Below, in pieces: positions 21,297 through 30,727 of a stretch of 64,000 nt of DNA. The position numbers and the translations under genes were made by a program. The notes below the pieces were generated by a model. That model ran no database searches. It was not told the origin of the DNA and was given only the letters and a program-made list of their open reading frames with translations. The stretch lies in assembly GCA_040767195.1 (NCBI GenBank), contig JAXGPA010000003.1:32001-96000 (forward strand), in the 5' to 3' direction. Every line of letters begins with the position of its first letter. Positions within the stretch are counted from its first letter, which is position 1. Source of the DNA: Syntrophales bacterium (GTDB lineage: Bacteria; Desulfobacterota; Syntrophia; Syntrophales; UBA6807).

Positions 21297-22285
21297 CGGA
21301 TTTTCAGCGCCCTGCGGACCTCCGTCATGGTCGTGCCGGCGATGACCCGGGCCCTGGCGGTGCCTTCCAGGATGATTTCTTCCACTTCTTTTCCGTGGGT
21401 CCGGTAATGTTCCCGCCTCTCATGGATCTCTCCCATGGACGCCTCGACACGTTCTGCCAGACGTTTTTTGCAGGCCACGCAGCCGATGGACGCCAAGCGG
21501 CACGATTCTTCTATTTCCCGGACTTCCTCCGGAGCCGTGTAAAGCCCGTGGAACGAAAAAACGTTGCATATTTCCGGCCGTCCCGGGTCACTTTTCCGCA
21601 TCCGCTGCGGGTCGGTGAACATGGACGCTATTTTTTCCCGAAGCACCTGGCCCGTGTCGGAAAGGTAAATGGCGTTTTCGTATGATTTGCTCATTTTCCG
21701 ACCATCTATGCCGAGCATCTTGGGAACCGTGGCGAGAAGGGGTTCGGGAACGGGGAAGACGGTCTCATAAAGATAGTTGAAACGGCGGGCGATCTCTCTC
21801 GTGAGTTCCAGGTGAGGAAGCTGATCGACGCCGACGGGGACGCCCCAGGCCTTGTAGATGAGGATATCCGCCGCCTGCAGGACGGGGTAACCGAGGAAGC
21901 CGAAGGTGGACAGGTCCTTCGTTGCCAGTTCGGCCTTCATCTCCTTGTAAGTGGGGTTTCTTTCCAGCCAGGGCAGGGGGGTTATCATGGAAAGAAGGAC
22001 GAAAAGCTCGGCGTGCTCCAGGACGTGCGACTGGATGAAGAGCGTGCTTTTCTCGGGGTCGAGTCCGACGCTGAGCCAGTCGATGACCATCTCGCGGGTG
22101 TATTCCGCAAGATCGTCGGTGGAGGCGTAGTCGCTCGTCAGGGCGTGCCAGTCGGCGACGAAATAAAAGCATTCGTAAGAGCCGTCGTTCTGGAGCTCCA
22201 CCCAGTTCTTCAGCGCACCGTGATAATTCCCGAGGTGAAGCCTGCCCGTCGGCCGCATCCCGCTCAGGATCCTCTTTTTATTCAC
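21293..22285 (-). CDS. trpS: tryptophanyl-tRNA synthetase
   Basis: SGMRPTG, HLGN (HIGH), YPVLQAADIL, VGVDQ, KMSKS. Confidence 0.97.
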   Translation of the reverse strand: MNKKRILSGMRPTGRLHLGNYHGALKNWVELQNDGSYECFYFVADWHALTSDYASTDDLAEYTREMVIDWLSVGLDPEKSTLFIQSHVLEHAELFVLLSMITPLPWLERNPTYKEMKAELATKDLSTFGFLGYPVLQAADILIYKAWGVPVGVDQLPHLELTREIARRFNYLYETVFPVPEPLLATVPKMLGIDGRKMSKSYENAIYLSDTGQVLREKIASMFTDPQRMRKSDPGRPEICNVFSFHGLYTAPEEVREIEESCRLASIGCVACKKRLAERVEASMGEIHERREHYRTHGKEVEEIILEGTARARVIAGTTMTEVRRALKIR

Positions 22286-22375
22286 CGATAGCCCTTTCGT
22301 TGTTGCGGGGATTTGAACACGGACCTGGAAAAACGGATTTCCAGCGTGTTCGCGGCCTCGTGTCTTCCGGCGCCG

Positions 22376-22404
22376 TGTATATCAGAACGGCTCTTTTCTG
22401 TCAA
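22376..22404 (-). promoter_or_regulatory. sigma70-type promoter for trpS-scpA-scpB-rluB
   Basis: Minus strand reads TTGACA-N17-TATACA with a TG extended -10, about 90 nt upstream of trpS. Confidence 0.6.
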
Positions 22405-22469
22405 TTCGGAGGATACGGCGGAACGGGAACGGGCGAGCCTTTCGGGTTCTGTCGACAGTCTTCAAAAAA

Positions 22470-22633
22470 GATGAACTCGTCAAAAGCCTAAAAATGTTCA
22501 GTTATCGACGGCTTTGTAAAAAGATCCAGAGGCAAGGCGCCCGAGTCCCGAGGAATGAGACGTACGTATCGGTACGTCGCAATGACGAGGGATGAAGGGC
22601 AACGCAGCCTATGGGCTTTTTACGAAGTCGTCA
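22470..22633. repeat. 164-bp palindromic MITE/REP-like element, copy 2
   Basis: Same length as copy 1 at 17605-17768. Internal perfect hairpin GACGTAC-gtatcg-GTACGTC; ends TTTTTACGAAGTCGTCA. Confidence 0.85.
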
Positions 22634-22671
22634 AAAAAAACCCCCGGACCATGACGGAGGCCGGGGGTTTT
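22633..22671 (-). terminator. rho-independent terminator of the HU gene (possibly bidirectional)
   Basis: AAAACCCCCGG...CCGGGGGTTTT stem with an A8 run on the + strand (U-tract on the minus transcript), just past the HU stop. Confidence 0.75.
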
Positions 22672-22685
22672 CCGGAAACAGGATT

Positions 22686-22955
22686 CTAAATCTTGGCGGC
22701 CAGGTTCTTTCCAGGTTTGAACTTGATGGCTTTTTTCGCCTTGATCTTGATTTCCTGGCCTGTTCTCGGGTTTCTTCCCGTCCTGGCTTTTCTCTTCACC
22801 ACGGAGAAGGTGCCGAAGCCGACAAGACCGATCTTGTTGTTTTTCTTAAGTTCGTCCGCCACGGTGTTCATGAAGACTTCCAGACTCTTTCCCGCTACCG
22901 CCTTGGAAACCCCCGCCTCTTTGGCCATCCTTGCAACCAGTTCCGCTTTTGTCAT
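22686..22955 (-). CDS. hup: DNA-binding protein HU
   Basis: MTKAELV, LVGFGTFSV, RKARTGRNPRTG, FKPGK; 89 aa. Confidence 0.92.
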   Translation of the reverse strand: MTKAELVARMAKEAGVSKAVAGKSLEVFMNTVADELKKNNKIGLVGFGTFSVVKRKARTGRNPRTGQEIKIKAKKAIKFKPGKNLAAKI

Positions 22956-23380
22956 GCAAAAACCCCCCTTCTGAAATTTTTGTGGATACAAATCCCCTCT
23001 TCACCATCGAAGAGAAAAAGGATCACTCCCCTCTTTGTTTCGTGACGGGTCTGCCGTCACAACTTACAACCTGCACTTCCGGTGCGACCCGCTTTTCCTG
23101 GAAACGGTTTCGGGAAAGCAGACAGTCACAGGGATTGGACAGGAAAAACAAGTTGTAAATGTGATTAACACAAAGAAATTAAACATTCAAGAAAAAAATC
23201 CACAGTTTTTTCGGCTTACTCAAAAAGATTTCCCCGTCCCCGGGATCCCCGATCACCTGGAGGAAGAAGTGGTGAAATTTTCTTGACAGGCTTCCTTAAT
23301 ACAGGTAGAAACCGCAAATTCAGGAGGTCTGCATTGCCGTTCCGGCCTCCCGTGGCAAAAAAGAAAAGAGGTAAGACGAG

Positions 23381-24835
23381 GTGTCGAAAAAGCCTATAAG
23401 AAGGGTTCTGGTGGCAAATCGAGGGGAAATCGCCCTTCGAATCATCCGGACCGTCAAGGAACTGGGTCTCGAAGCGGTGGCCGTTTACGAGAAACCGGAC
23501 AGCGAATCCCTTTTTATCCGCTTCGCCGATGATGCCATCCCTATCGGCGACGGACCCCGTAAAGACTATCTCAGCATCGACCGCATGATCTGGGCGGCCC
23601 GGAAAAGCGGGGCCGACGCCATTCACCCCGGATACGGGTTTCTTGCCGAGAACGCCAATTTTTCGGAAGCCTGCGAGAAGGCCGGCATCATCTTTATCGG
23701 CCCCCCACCGAAGGTCATCCGCGACCTGGGGGACAAGGTCATGGCCCGGAAGATCATGGAACGGGCCCGGATCCCTTTCGTTCCGGGGACGGACAACCTG
23801 AGCCCAGGGGAGAAAGGGATCGAGGAAGCCCTCCATTTCGGCGCCACCCAGGGCTATCCCATCATGCTCAAGGCATCCTCCGGCGGAGGCGGGCGGGGAA
23901 TCCGCAAGGTTCAGAACGACGGGGACCTGAAGATACAGCTTCCCCTGGCCCGTTCGGAGGCCCTGTCAGCTTTCAACGATGACAGCCTGTACGTGGAGAA
24001 ATGCATCGAGGCGCCCCGGCATGTGGAAGTCCAGATCCTGGCGGATACCTTCGGCGGTATCATCCACCTGGGCACCCGGGACTGTTCCATCCAGCGCCGC
24101 CACCAGAAGCTTCTCGAGATCGCACCGGCGGACCTTCCGGAGAAGGTCCTGGCGAGCATACACGACACCGCCGTAACGGCGGCCCGGGAAGCCGGCTACA
24201 TCAACGCCGGGACCGTCGAGTTCCTGGTGGATTCCAAAACCAACGATTTCTGGTTCATGGAAATGAACACGCGCCTCCAGGTGGAACACACGGTGACGGA
24301 ATTCCTCACGGGCATCGACATCGTCCGGGAACAGATCCGGATCGCCGAGGGGGAGCCCCTGGCCATTCCCCAGAAAAAGGTTCACCTCATGGGTAAATCC
24401 ATCCAGGTGCGCATTAACGCGGAGGATCCGAAGAATAATTTCATGCCCGAAGGCGGAAAAAGGGTGGAGGTATACCAGTCCCCGGGAGGGCCGGGGATAA
24501 GGCTCGACGGCATCGTCTATCAGGGATATAAGATTCCCACCGATTACGATTCGCTCCTCGTCAAGATGACCGTCCGGGGGTACAACTGGGAACAGACGGT
24601 ACAGCGGCTCAAGAGGGCCCTGCACGATTTCCTCATTGTGGGCCCGCAGACAACCATTCCTTTCTACCTGGCCATCTGTGACGAGACCGATTTCAGGAAA
24701 GGGGTGTTCGACACGTCCTACCTGGACACCCACCCGAAAGTCTTCCAGTACCCCCCGCAGGAGCGGGAAGTGGCGAAACTGGCCCGGCTCGTGGCCGAGA
24801 TTCATGCCAAGAAGACAAACCCCTACGCGTTTTAG
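23381..24835 (+). CDS. pycA: biotin carboxylase subunit (pyruvate carboxylase subunit A-like)
   Basis: LVANRGEIA, HPGYGFLAEN, GGGGRG, RDCSIQRRHQK, EMNTRLQVEH, RINAEDP, YDS. Confidence 0.85.
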   Translation: MSKKPIRRVLVANRGEIALRIIRTVKELGLEAVAVYEKPDSESLFIRFADDAIPIGDGPRKDYLSIDRMIWAARKSGADAIHPGYGFLAENANFSEACEKAGIIFIGPPPKVIRDLGDKVMARKIMERARIPFVPGTDNLSPGEKGIEEALHFGATQGYPIMLKASSGGGGRGIRKVQNDGDLKIQLPLARSEALSAFNDDSLYVEKCIEAPRHVEVQILADTFGGIIHLGTRDCSIQRRHQKLLEIAPADLPEKVLASIHDTAVTAAREAGYINAGTVEFLVDSKTNDFWFMEMNTRLQVEHTVTEFLTGIDIVREQIRIAEGEPLAIPQKKVHLMGKSIQVRINAEDPKNNFMPEGGKRVEVYQSPGGPGIRLDGIVYQGYKIPTDYDSLLVKMTVRGYNWEQTVQRLKRALHDFLIVGPQTTIPFYLAICDETDFRKGVFDTSYLDTHPKVFQYPPQEREVAKLARLVAEIHAKKTNPYAF

Positions 24836-24850
24836 AAGCAAGGAGCGCTC

Positions 24851-26782
24851 ATGTATTCCATGGAAGAAAGAATAACACCCCGGGAACTCAGGGAAAAGGG
24901 TGTTTCCCACGTTCTCGACAAGATACGAAGGACGGGCGACTTTTTCGTCACCAACACGGAACGGGACCTGTCCCAGTCCGATTTCAAGAACCGCGTCATG
25001 CCCCACACCCAGATGCTGGTGGCGGAAGAGCGGAACGCCGCGGGATTTTTCTCCCTCGAAATCAGCGGGGGGGCCTCGGTCCACGTGGACATGCTGAGAA
25101 AGCAGATCAGCCCGCTGGAAAAGCTCGAGGTCCTGTCGGGTCTCATGCCGGACACGCTTTTTCAGACCCTTTGCCGGGGGATCAACCTGTTCGGTTACCG
25201 TCCTTACCCGGAGAATGTCATCCGGCTCACCGTGAGAAGTTTTGCCCGTTACATCCATGTGTGGCGGGTCTTCGACTTTCTCAACTTCATTCCCAACATG
25301 GTGCCGGTCTTCGAAGAGGTCAAAAAGGCGGGCTGCATCCTCGAGCCGTCGATCTGCTTTTCCACGGGGCCGGAGCACACCGATGACTTTTACGTGAAAA
25401 AAGTGGGCGAAATTCTCGACGTCACCGGGCCCGACATCCTTCTGTGCATCAAGAACCACGCGGGCCTGGGAACCTCGAAGCGCATCGGGGATCTTGTCCG
25501 GTCCATCCTGGACCGTTATCCGGACCTGATCATCCACTATCACGGCCACAACACGGACGGTGACGACCTGGGCAGGATCGTGGCGGCAGTGCTGAACGGC
25601 GCGAAAATCGTCGACGCGGGCGATCACTCTTTCGTGGGCTTTTACGGTCCCCCGCCGCTGCTCACGGTGATCGACACCCTGGCGAGTTACGGCCGGAAGG
25701 CCGCGGGCGTGGACCGGCAGAAGGTGATCGACACGTCCAGCAAGCTGAGACCGGAGCGGGAGCATTACCGGGACTTCGAGTCCCAGTTCCTGGGTTTCGA
25801 CCCCACCGTCCAGACGCACAAGCTGCCCGGCGGGGCCACCGGCTCGAGCTTCGAGCAGGCTGTCAAGGGAGACTTTCTCCCGCTCATGCCGGAGATTCTG
25901 CAAAAGGAACTCCCCCGGGTGCAGGTGGAGCTGGGAAACTGGTGGAGCGTCACCCCGGGGTCCCAGATCCTCTGGACGACGGCGGTGAACAACGTGCTCA
26001 AAAAGAACCGCTACCGGGACGCCAATGACGACCTCAAGAATCTCATGCTGGGACGATATGGGGACCTGCCGTTCTACTGGCCGTCCGATGAAATTTATGA
26101 AACTGTCTTTGGAAAAAACTGGAAAACCATCGTGGAGAACGAACGGGGGTACCAGAAGGTAGAGGACGTCGATCTTTCCATCGAGAAACGGGTCCTGGAG
26201 CACCGCCTGGGAAGAACGGCCTCGGAAGACGAACTGGTTCTTTATCTTCAGCATCCCAACGATGCCGTCAATTTTTTCAAATTTGAGGAAAAATTCGGAA
26301 AGACCTGGGTCCTGCCGCCGGGTGTCTGGTTCCGGAAGGGCGGTTTCAACCTCGGCGACCGGTTCGAGTTCGCTGATGCCTACGGGAAGCAGCACAGCCT
26401 AGAAGTGGGGCCCCAGCGAAGGACAAAGAGCGGCGATGCCGTGACCTACATGATCATCGACCATCACCCCGAGCCCATTCTCACGGAACTCGATCTGGAA
26501 CCGGGCCGGGAGAAGAGGAAGGTCACCCTGTCTCCCAAGGAAATCGAAGCCCTGGCGAAATCGGGTGACATTCGTTCCCCCCTCAAGGGAACGGTGAGCG
26601 AGGTGCCCGTGGAAAAGGGGAACGACGTTTCGGCGGGTCAGGTACTTATTGTTCTCGAAGCCATGAAGATGCTGAACAACATCCTTTCGGACCTGAGCGG
26701 CAGTATCTCTGATGTGCTCGTGTCGCCCGGCGACGCTGTCGACGTGGGGGACCCTCTCCTCGTCGTTCAGAAAGCGGAGTGA
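24851..26782 (+). CDS. pycB: carboxyltransferase-biotin carrier subunit (pyruvate carboxylase subunit B-like, divergent)
   Basis: DRE-TIM-like RDLSQS, RG.NLFGY.PYP, VTPGSQ, C-terminal biotinyl motif EAMKM. Confidence 0.75.
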   Translation: MYSMEERITPRELREKGVSHVLDKIRRTGDFFVTNTERDLSQSDFKNRVMPHTQMLVAEERNAAGFFSLEISGGASVHVDMLRKQISPLEKLEVLSGLMPDTLFQTLCRGINLFGYRPYPENVIRLTVRSFARYIHVWRVFDFLNFIPNMVPVFEEVKKAGCILEPSICFSTGPEHTDDFYVKKVGEILDVTGPDILLCIKNHAGLGTSKRIGDLVRSILDRYPDLIIHYHGHNTDGDDLGRIVAAVLNGAKIVDAGDHSFVGFYGPPPLLTVIDTLASYGRKAAGVDRQKVIDTSSKLRPEREHYRDFESQFLGFDPTVQTHKLPGGATGSSFEQAVKGDFLPLMPEILQKELPRVQVELGNWWSVTPGSQILWTTAVNNVLKKNRYRDANDDLKNLMLGRYGDLPFYWPSDEIYETVFGKNWKTIVENERGYQKVEDVDLSIEKRVLEHRLGRTASEDELVLYLQHPNDAVNFFKFEEKFGKTWVLPPGVWFRKGGFNLGDRFEFADAYGKQHSLEVGPQRRTKSGDAVTYMIIDHHPEPILTELDLEPGREKRKVTLSPKEIEALAKSGDIRSPLKGTVSEVPVEKGNDVSAGQVLIVLEAMKMLNNILSDLSGSISDVLVSPGDAVDVGDPLLVVQKAE

Positions 26783-27052
26783 AGAGACGGCGCGAATCCT
26801 CTTGAAAAAAACTCCGGATTCACGTTTTGAACCGGGATCACGGCCCGCCGAAAGAAGGAAATGCCGGGAAGTGGCCGTGAAAGGGTCGGCCTGAATCGGA
26901 CCATGGAACTCCCCCCGAACCCGTTGCTGCGCGTTTATGCCGGGCTGAGGGTTTCCTCTTTGGAGGGCTGCCGCGGCGCCTGGAAGGTGGCGGGCGGCGG
27001 TACCGACGAAAAGGGAAGCGTTATCACGGTCAAAGCGTGACGGTTTAGTTAC

Positions 27053-27071
27053 TTTTTACGAGTTCATCAAG
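27053..27071 (-). repeat. isolated repeat end (reverse complement CTTGATGAACTCGTAAAAA)
   Basis: 19-bp match to 17602-17620 on the opposite strand; adjoins a TTGACT -35-like hexamer at 27073. Confidence 0.7.
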
Positions 27072-27163
27072 CTTGACTTTTTATCGCGCACTGTTTATTT
27101 ATAGCAAAGCAGGATGCGTGAAATCTTTCCCTAAAACTGAAAAAGCCAAGAGAGGGGGCCAGG

Positions 27164-28069
27164 ATGCCCGACAACCGGTATACGCTGTTCGTCATCACCG
27201 GCAAGGGAAGGCGCATGCGCCAGCTTCACCTTTCAAAGTCGGTTTTCCGGTTCGTTCTGGCGTTCCTCGTCCTTTTTATCGCCGGCTCGGTTTTCCTCTC
27301 CCTGGATTATTTCCAGATCCGAAGCCAGTCCGGTGAGCTCGGCAGGCTCAGGGAGCTGGCCCGCACCCAGAAAGAGCAGATCGACGACCTGGCTGCCAAG
27401 GTGAGCCAATTCGAGGAGCAGATGATCGGTCTCAAGGAGTTCGACCGCAAGATCCGGGCCATTACGAACCTGGAGAGCGACGGCAAGGAGGGTCAACTGC
27501 CCGGCATGGGGGGATCGATCCCGGAGGGAGATCTTTCGGCCCTTAACGAACTGTCGGACAAAGAAGCCCTCTACGACGCCATTCAGGATAACATGGACGA
27601 GCTGCTCGAGGAATTGAGCTTCCAGGAAGACAGCTTCAGGGAGATTTTCACGTTCCTTGAAAAGAAGATGAAGATCCTCGCGTCGACGCCGTCCATATGG
27701 CCCTGCCAGGGTTTCGTGACCTCCGAGTTCGGCTATCGTAAGTCCCCCTTCACGGGAAGGAGGGAACTGCACCGGGGAATCGACATCGCCACGAAACTGG
27801 GTGAAGAAATATGCGCTCCCGCGGACGGCGTGATCGTCAAGGTCACCCGCGAGTCGGACATGGGGAACATGATTAAAATAGACCATGGAAGGAACGTCTG
27901 CACGTATTACGGGCACCTTCTCAAGACCATGGTCCGAAAGGGCGAAAAAGTGAAACGGGGTGACGTCATCGGCCTTGTGGGCAACTCGGGAAGAAGCACG
28001 GGGCCGCACCTGCACTACAGCGTCACCTTGTCAGGCGTCTACGTGAACCCGAGAAAATACCTGTTTTAA
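27164..28069 (+). CDS. M23 family metallopeptidase with N-terminal TM helix and coiled coil
   Basis: TPSIWP, HRGIDIA (HxxxD), GNSGRSTGPHLHY (HxH). Confidence 0.92.
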   Translation: MPDNRYTLFVITGKGRRMRQLHLSKSVFRFVLAFLVLFIAGSVFLSLDYFQIRSQSGELGRLRELARTQKEQIDDLAAKVSQFEEQMIGLKEFDRKIRAITNLESDGKEGQLPGMGGSIPEGDLSALNELSDKEALYDAIQDNMDELLEELSFQEDSFREIFTFLEKKMKILASTPSIWPCQGFVTSEFGYRKSPFTGRRELHRGIDIATKLGEEICAPADGVIVKVTRESDMGNMIKIDHGRNVCTYYGHLLKTMVRKGEKVKRGDVIGLVGNSGRSTGPHLHYSVTLSGVYVNPRKYLF

Positions 28070-28132
28070 CAGCCTCCTGCGCTCTCATTGAAGAAAACCT
28101 TTCCAGTCACGTAAAGCGACATTAAACCCGAT

Positions 28133-28159
28133 CCCCGTAATTTCCCTGCGGGGTTTTTT
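28133..28159 (+). terminator. terminator-like hairpin between the M23 gene and secA
   Basis: CCCCGTA/TGCGGGG stem followed by T6. Confidence 0.45.
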
Positions 28160-28170
28160 GTGGAGCGGAC

Positions 28171-30696
28171 ATGTTAGCCTATCTTGTCAAAAAAATCGTC
28201 GGAACGAAAAACGACAGGGAGATCAAGCGGTATTGCCGTTCCGTCGAAGAAATCAACGCCCTGGAACCTTCCGTGGCGGCCCTCACGGACGCGGAACTCC
28301 GGGAAAAAACGGACCGGTTCCGAACGCGCCTGGCGGAGGGGACTTCCCTGGATGATCTTCTTTTCGAAGCCTTCGCCGTGGTCCGTGAAACGGCGAAACG
28401 GCGGGTCTCCATGAGGCCCTTTGACGTCCAGCTCATAGGGGGCATGGTCCTCCACGAGGGAAAAATCGCCGAAATGAAAACGGGGGAAGGGAAAACCCTG
28501 GCGGCCACCCTGCCCATTTACCTGAACGCCCTTTCCGGGGAAGGGGTCCACGTGGTCACGGTGAACGATTACCTCGCCCGCCGCGACGCCCAGTGGATGG
28601 GGCCGATCTACGAGTCCCTGGGACTCTCCGTGGGCGTCATTCTTCACGGCCTTTCCGATGAAGAGCGGAAAAAAGCCTACAATTGCGACATCGCTTACGG
28701 GACGAACAACGAGTTCGGGTTCGATTATCTGCGGGACAACATGAAATTCAGGCTGGAGGACTATGTCCAGCGGGAATTCAACTACGCCATCGTGGACGAG
28801 GTGGACAGCATCCTCATCGACGAAGCCCGAACGCCGCTCATCATTTCGGGACCTTCCGACGAATCGACGGACAAGTACTACAGGATCAATCAGATCATCC
28901 CCCGCCTTCGCAGGGAACAGGATTTCACCATCGACGAAAAAAGCAGGACCGTGGCGCTCACAGAGGAAGGGGTGGCCCGGGTGGAGAACCTGCTGAAAGT
29001 GGAAAATCTCTACGACCCCCGGCACATGGGTCTGCTGCACCACGTGAACCAGGCCCTGAAGGCTCACACGCTCTTCAAGCGGGACGTGGACTACATGGTG
29101 AAGGAAAACCAGGTGATCATCGTCGATGAGTTCACCGGCCGGCTCATGCCCGGGCGGCGGTACAGCGACGGCCTCCACCAGGCCCTCGAGGCCAAGGAAC
29201 ATGTCAAGATAGAGCGTGAAAATCAAACGCTTGCATCGATAACCTTTCAAAATTACTTTAGAATGTACAACAAGCTCGCCGGCATGACCGGTACGGCGGA
29301 CACGGAGGCGGCAGAATTCAAGAAGATTTACAACCTCGACGTGGTGGTGGTGCCGACGAACATGCCCATGATCCGCGAGGATCACGCCGACGTGATCTAC
29401 AAGACGGAAAAAGAGAAGATCCAGGCCATCATACAGGAAATCAGGGAACTCCATGAAGCGGGGCGGCCCGTCCTCGTCGGGACCATTTCCATCGAAAACT
29501 CGGAGCTTTTGAGCGGTCATCTGCTTCGGCGGGGGGTCAAGCACAATGTGCTCAATGCGAAACATCACGAGAGAGAGGCGGAGATCGTGTCCCAGGCCGG
29601 TCAACCCGGGGCGGTGACCATTTCGACGAACATGGCCGGGCGGGGAACGGACATCAAGCTCGGTCCCGGGGTCGCTGAACTGGGCGGGCTTCATATCCTC
29701 GGGACGGAGCGTCACGAGAGCCGCCGGATAGACAATCAGCTCCGGGGACGGTCAGGCCGCCAGGGTGACCGGGGCTCTTCCCGTTTCTATCTCTCCCTGG
29801 AGGACGATCTCCTTCGGATTTTCGGCGCCGAGCGAATATCCTCGGTCATGGACAAGATCGGCCTGGAAGAAGGCGAGCCCATCGAGCACCGTCTCATCAG
29901 CAGGGCCATAGAGAACGCCCAGAAACGCGTGGAAGCACAGAACTTCGATATCAGAAAGCATCTCCTGGAATACGATGACGTCATGAACCAGCAGCGGGAG
30001 GTGATCTATCGTCAGCGAAAAGAGGTTCTCGGGGGTGACAACCTGTCGTCGGCGCTGGGCGAGATGCTCGAAGACGTGGTGGACACCGTTCTCGAGGAAT
30101 TCGCTGATGAAAACGTCCCGCCTGATGCGTGGAACCTGAAGGGTCTCGATGAGCGTCTCTTTCAGCTCTTTTCTCTCAAAACGAACTTCCAGGACATGGA
30201 AGACGGCACTCCCGCCGGTGGGGAGAGTCTTCGGGAGTGGATTCTCGAGGCGGTCCGGACTCTGCTCCGGCAAAAAAAGGAGGAACTGGGAGCTTCCCTC
30301 ATGGAAGAAATCACGAAGATTCTCATGCTCCAGTCCATCGACACCCACTGGAAAGACCACCTTCTCAGCATGGACCATCTCCGAGAGGGAATCGGCCTGA
30401 GGGGATACGGCCAGAAGGACCCCAAGCGGGAGTATCAAAAGGAGGGTTTTGACATGTTCTCCGCCATGGTGGAGCGGATCAAGGAGGACTCCCTGTCGAA
30501 AATCTGCCGGGTCCAGATCCGCCGGGAGGAGACGGTTCAGGAAATGCAGAAGAAACAGGAGCAGGAATACGTTCTCAGCCGGGGAGACGGGCCGGCGACC
30601 CCGCAGACGGTGAAGCGGAAGGACGTGAAAGTGGGCCGAAACGATCCGTGCCCCTGCGGGAGCGGCAGGAAATACAAGAAATGCTGCGGCAAGTGA
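28171..30696 (+). CDS. secA: preprotein translocase ATPase SecA
   Basis: [49 protein letters not shown]-terminal SEC-C motif [13 protein letters not shown]. Confidence 0.99.
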   Translation: MLAYLVKKIVGTKNDREIKRYCRSVEEINALEPSVAALTDAELREKTDRFRTRLAEGTSLDDLLFEAFAVVRETAKRRVSMRPFDVQLIGGMVLHEGKIAEMKTGEGKTLAATLPIYLNALSGEGVHVVTVNDYLARRDAQWMGPIYESLGLSVGVILHGLSDEERKKAYNCDIAYGTNNEFGFDYLRDNMKFRLEDYVQREFNYAIVDEVDSILIDEARTPLIISGPSDESTDKYYRINQIIPRLRREQDFTIDEKSRTVALTEEGVARVENLLKVENLYDPRHMGLLHHVNQALKAHTLFKRDVDYMVKENQVIIVDEFTGRLMPGRRYSDGLHQALEAKEHVKIERENQTLASITFQNYFRMYNKLAGMTGTADTEAAEFKKIYNLDVVVVPTNMPMIREDHADVIYKTEKEKIQAIIQEIRELHEAGRPVLVGTISIENSELLSGHLLRRGVKHNVLNAKHHEREAEIVSQAGQPGAVTISTNMAGRGTDIKLGPGVAELGGLHILGTERHESRRIDNQLRGRSGRQGDRGSSRFYLSLEDDLLRIFGAERISSVMDKIGLEEGEPIEHRLISRAIENAQKRVEAQNFDIRKHLLEYDDVMNQQREVIYRQRKEVLGGDNLSSALGEMLEDVVDTVLEEFADENVPPDAWNLKGLDERLFQLFSLKTNFQDMEDGTPAGGESLREWILEAVRTLLRQKKEELGASLMEEITKILMLQSIDTHWKDHLLSMDHLREGIGLRGYGQKDPKREYQKEGFDMFSAMVERIKEDSLSKICRVQIRREETVQEMQKKQEQEYVLSRGDGPATPQTVKRKDVKVGRNDPCPCGSGRKYKKCCGK

Positions 30697-30727
30697 GAAA
30701 AAAGGCGTTTCCGAAAGAGAGGCCACG

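Noticed and set aside
26783..27050. Possible ncRNA or c-di-GMP riboswitch in the pycB-M23 spacer
   Set aside because: GC-rich stems are present but there is no recognisable family consensus.
17602..27071. CRISPR array from the recurring GATGAACTCGTAAAAA motif
   Set aside because: Copies are kilobases apart, in both orientations, with no regular spacers or cas genes.
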